Of a DNA stretch of 64,000 bases, positions 62,882 to 64,000 are shown piece after piece. Each line of letters starts with the position of its first letter. The first letter of the stretch is position 1. Made by a program: the position numbers and the translations under genes. This DNA comes from Bacteroidales bacterium (GTDB taxonomy: Bacteria; Bacteroidota; Bacteroidia; Bacteroidales; WRGA01), in the NCBI GenBank assembly GCA_031553395.1, contig JAVBLR010000001.1, positions 294,846-358,845 of the forward strand, in the 5' to 3' direction. The notes under the pieces were generated by a model, which saw only the letters and a list, made by a program, of their open reading frames with translations, searched no databases and was not told where the DNA came from.

Positions 62882-62937
62882 AGTTACGAGTTACAAGTTT
62901 TGGTAAAAGTTAAATACCTTTCTTGTAACTCGTAACT
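62882..62937. repeat. Perfect 16-bp inverted repeat hairpin (AGTTACGAGTTACAAG / CTTGTAACTCGTAACT) with 24-nt loop
   Basis: Read directly; lies between the TPR gene stop and the FkbM gene start; no U-tract. Confidence 0.6.
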
Positions 62938-62955
62938 TGTAACTCACAACTACTA

Positions 62956-63732
62956 ATGAATAAAGCACATATCATAAAAAGAACCAAAATAACCATTAAG
63001 ACAATCGCAGGATTAGGATTAGTTGAAGGATTATCTATTTTAACTAAAATGCTATTTAAGAATACAGATAAGGTATCCGTTTCCGGAATAAAACATCCAT
63101 TTTCCTTAAGGCCGGATACTTCCGATTATGATGTGTTTTATCAGCTTTATTCAAAATCGGAATATGATATTCCGATTTATTTTGAGCCGAAATTGATTGT
63201 AGATGCCGGTGCAAATATTGGTTTGGCTGCTATTTATTTCAAAAATAGATTTCCTAATGCAACAATAATCTCCATAGAACCCGATTCGGGAAATTTTGAG
63301 ATGTTGCAAAAAAATACAAAGCCTTATGATAATATCTTCCTAGAAAAGGCAGGGCTTTGGAATAAAGAAACCTATATAACAGTTGAAGATAAATATGGTT
63401 TGGGAGAGCATGGTATGATTGTAAAAGAAAACGACCATCCTGTAGAAAATTCTCTGAAAGCGGTTACAATCGACGGGTTATTGAAAAAATACAATCTTGA
63501 AGGGCAACGTATTGATTTATTGAAAGTCGATATCGAAACTTCGGAAAAATATTTTTTTGAAAGTAATTACGAATCTTGGTTACCCAATACCAAAATGTTG
63601 ATTGTAGAATTGCATGATATTATTGAAACAGGCTGTGCACAATCCTTTTTCAATGCAATCAATAAATCACTCAAAAATTATTCTTTCCACATGAAGGGCG
63701 AAAATGTGATTGTAATAAACGAAACGATATAA
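62956..63732 (+). CDS. FkbM-family SAM-dependent methyltransferase
   Basis: 258 aa; VDAGANIGLAAIYF (DxGANxG) and LKVDIETSEKYF (LKxDIEGxE) motifs. Confidence 0.7.
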   Translation: MNKAHIIKRTKITIKTIAGLGLVEGLSILTKMLFKNTDKVSVSGIKHPFSLRPDTSDYDVFYQLYSKSEYDIPIYFEPKLIVDAGANIGLAAIYFKNRFPNATIISIEPDSGNFEMLQKNTKPYDNIFLEKAGLWNKETYITVEDKYGLGEHGMIVKENDHPVENSLKAVTIDGLLKKYNLEGQRIDLLKVDIETSEKYFFESNYESWLPNTKMLIVELHDIIETGCAQSFFNAINKSLKNYSFHMKGENVIVINETI

Positions 63733-63759
63733 ATTAAAATTTGGAACACAAATGATACA

Positions 63760-63798
63760 GATAAAGCGGATTATTACAATATAATAATCCGCTTTATC
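63760..63798. terminator. 16-bp perfect hairpin (possible terminator for the methyltransferase gene or IS-proximal structure)
   Basis: GATAAAGCGGATTATT-acaatat-AATAATCCGCTTTATC; no clean U-tract. Confidence 0.4.
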
Positions 63799-63894
63799 CG
63801 TCTATATCCAATATCTTCCCTATAATAAATTCATTGCATGTTCAGTTAAGTTCACTTTTATAGGGTAAACGCACGAAATTTATAGCTTTGCCGG

Positions 63895-64000
63895 ATGAAA
63901 TCATTACAACGCTATTTATCCAGTATCGAAGATTTTCGAGTAGAGAAAAAATGTTTGCATAAGTTATCGGACATATTATTCATTGGTCTGATGAGTTATC
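63895..64000 (+). mobile_element. Partial ISAs1-family-like transposase N-terminus (continues beyond window end)
   Basis: MKSLQRYLSSIEDFRVEKKCLHKLSDILFIGLMSY resembles the ISAs1/DDE_Tnp_1-associated N-terminal motif (DPR...H.L.DIL.IAL). Only 35 codons are visible. Confidence 0.4.

Noticed and set aside
9700-62950. Possible CRISPR array among the GTTATT-rich repeats
   Set aside because: The repeats are inverted hairpins at scattered loci, not equally spaced direct repeats with unique spacers. No cas genes are present.

Overview
This is an AT-rich Bacteroidota-type chromosomal segment, probably Bacteroidales, judging by lipoprotein signal peptides of the form ...C-N/S-DDD, TonB C-terminal domain paralogs, a DUF5686 protein and SusD-era gene families. 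Conserved housekeeping genes are present: a short-form glycogen synthase, hexokinase, tRNA-Arg(TCT), dnaN, a DnaQ-like exonuclease, coaBC, an acyl-CoA carboxylase trio (biotin carboxylase, BCCP, carboxyltransferase), a flotillin/NfeD pair, an FtsX-like permease, galE, tpx, an M16 peptidase, mfd, a MATE exporter and gyrA. Several accessory blocks sit between them. (i) A giant, apparently thioester-less alpha-2-macroglobulin with a DUF4269 minimal nucleotidyltransferase downstream. (ii) A truncated rhuM fragment flanked by a 27-nt direct repeat. (iii) A tightly coupled AAA ATPase (COG1373-like) plus single-HKD PLD-family nuclease pair, a defense-like candidate. (iv) A five-gene minus-strand operon of secreted immunity-like proteins (lipocalin-like, MORN/YwqK-like, SHOCT) preceded by a 1.1-kb highly structured intergenic region. 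That region holds a leader/sRNA candidate with an intrinsic terminator, a long hairpin and a 28-aa hydrophobic mini-ORF. (v) An orphan 477-aa protein with no recognisable domain. (vi) A cluster in which the TonB C-terminal domain is present four times: three tandem small signal-peptide proteins and one VIT-vWA-TonB_C fusion, interleaved with an M15 peptidase and showing near-identical DNA stretches. (vii) Three tandem lipoprotein paralogs with a decayed 3'-end remnant and duplicated terminators. Recurrent GTTATT/AACAA-type inverted-repeat hairpins occupy many intergenic spacers. A partial ISAs1-like transposase starts at the right edge. I found no CRISPR array, integrase, reverse transcriptase or rRNA.
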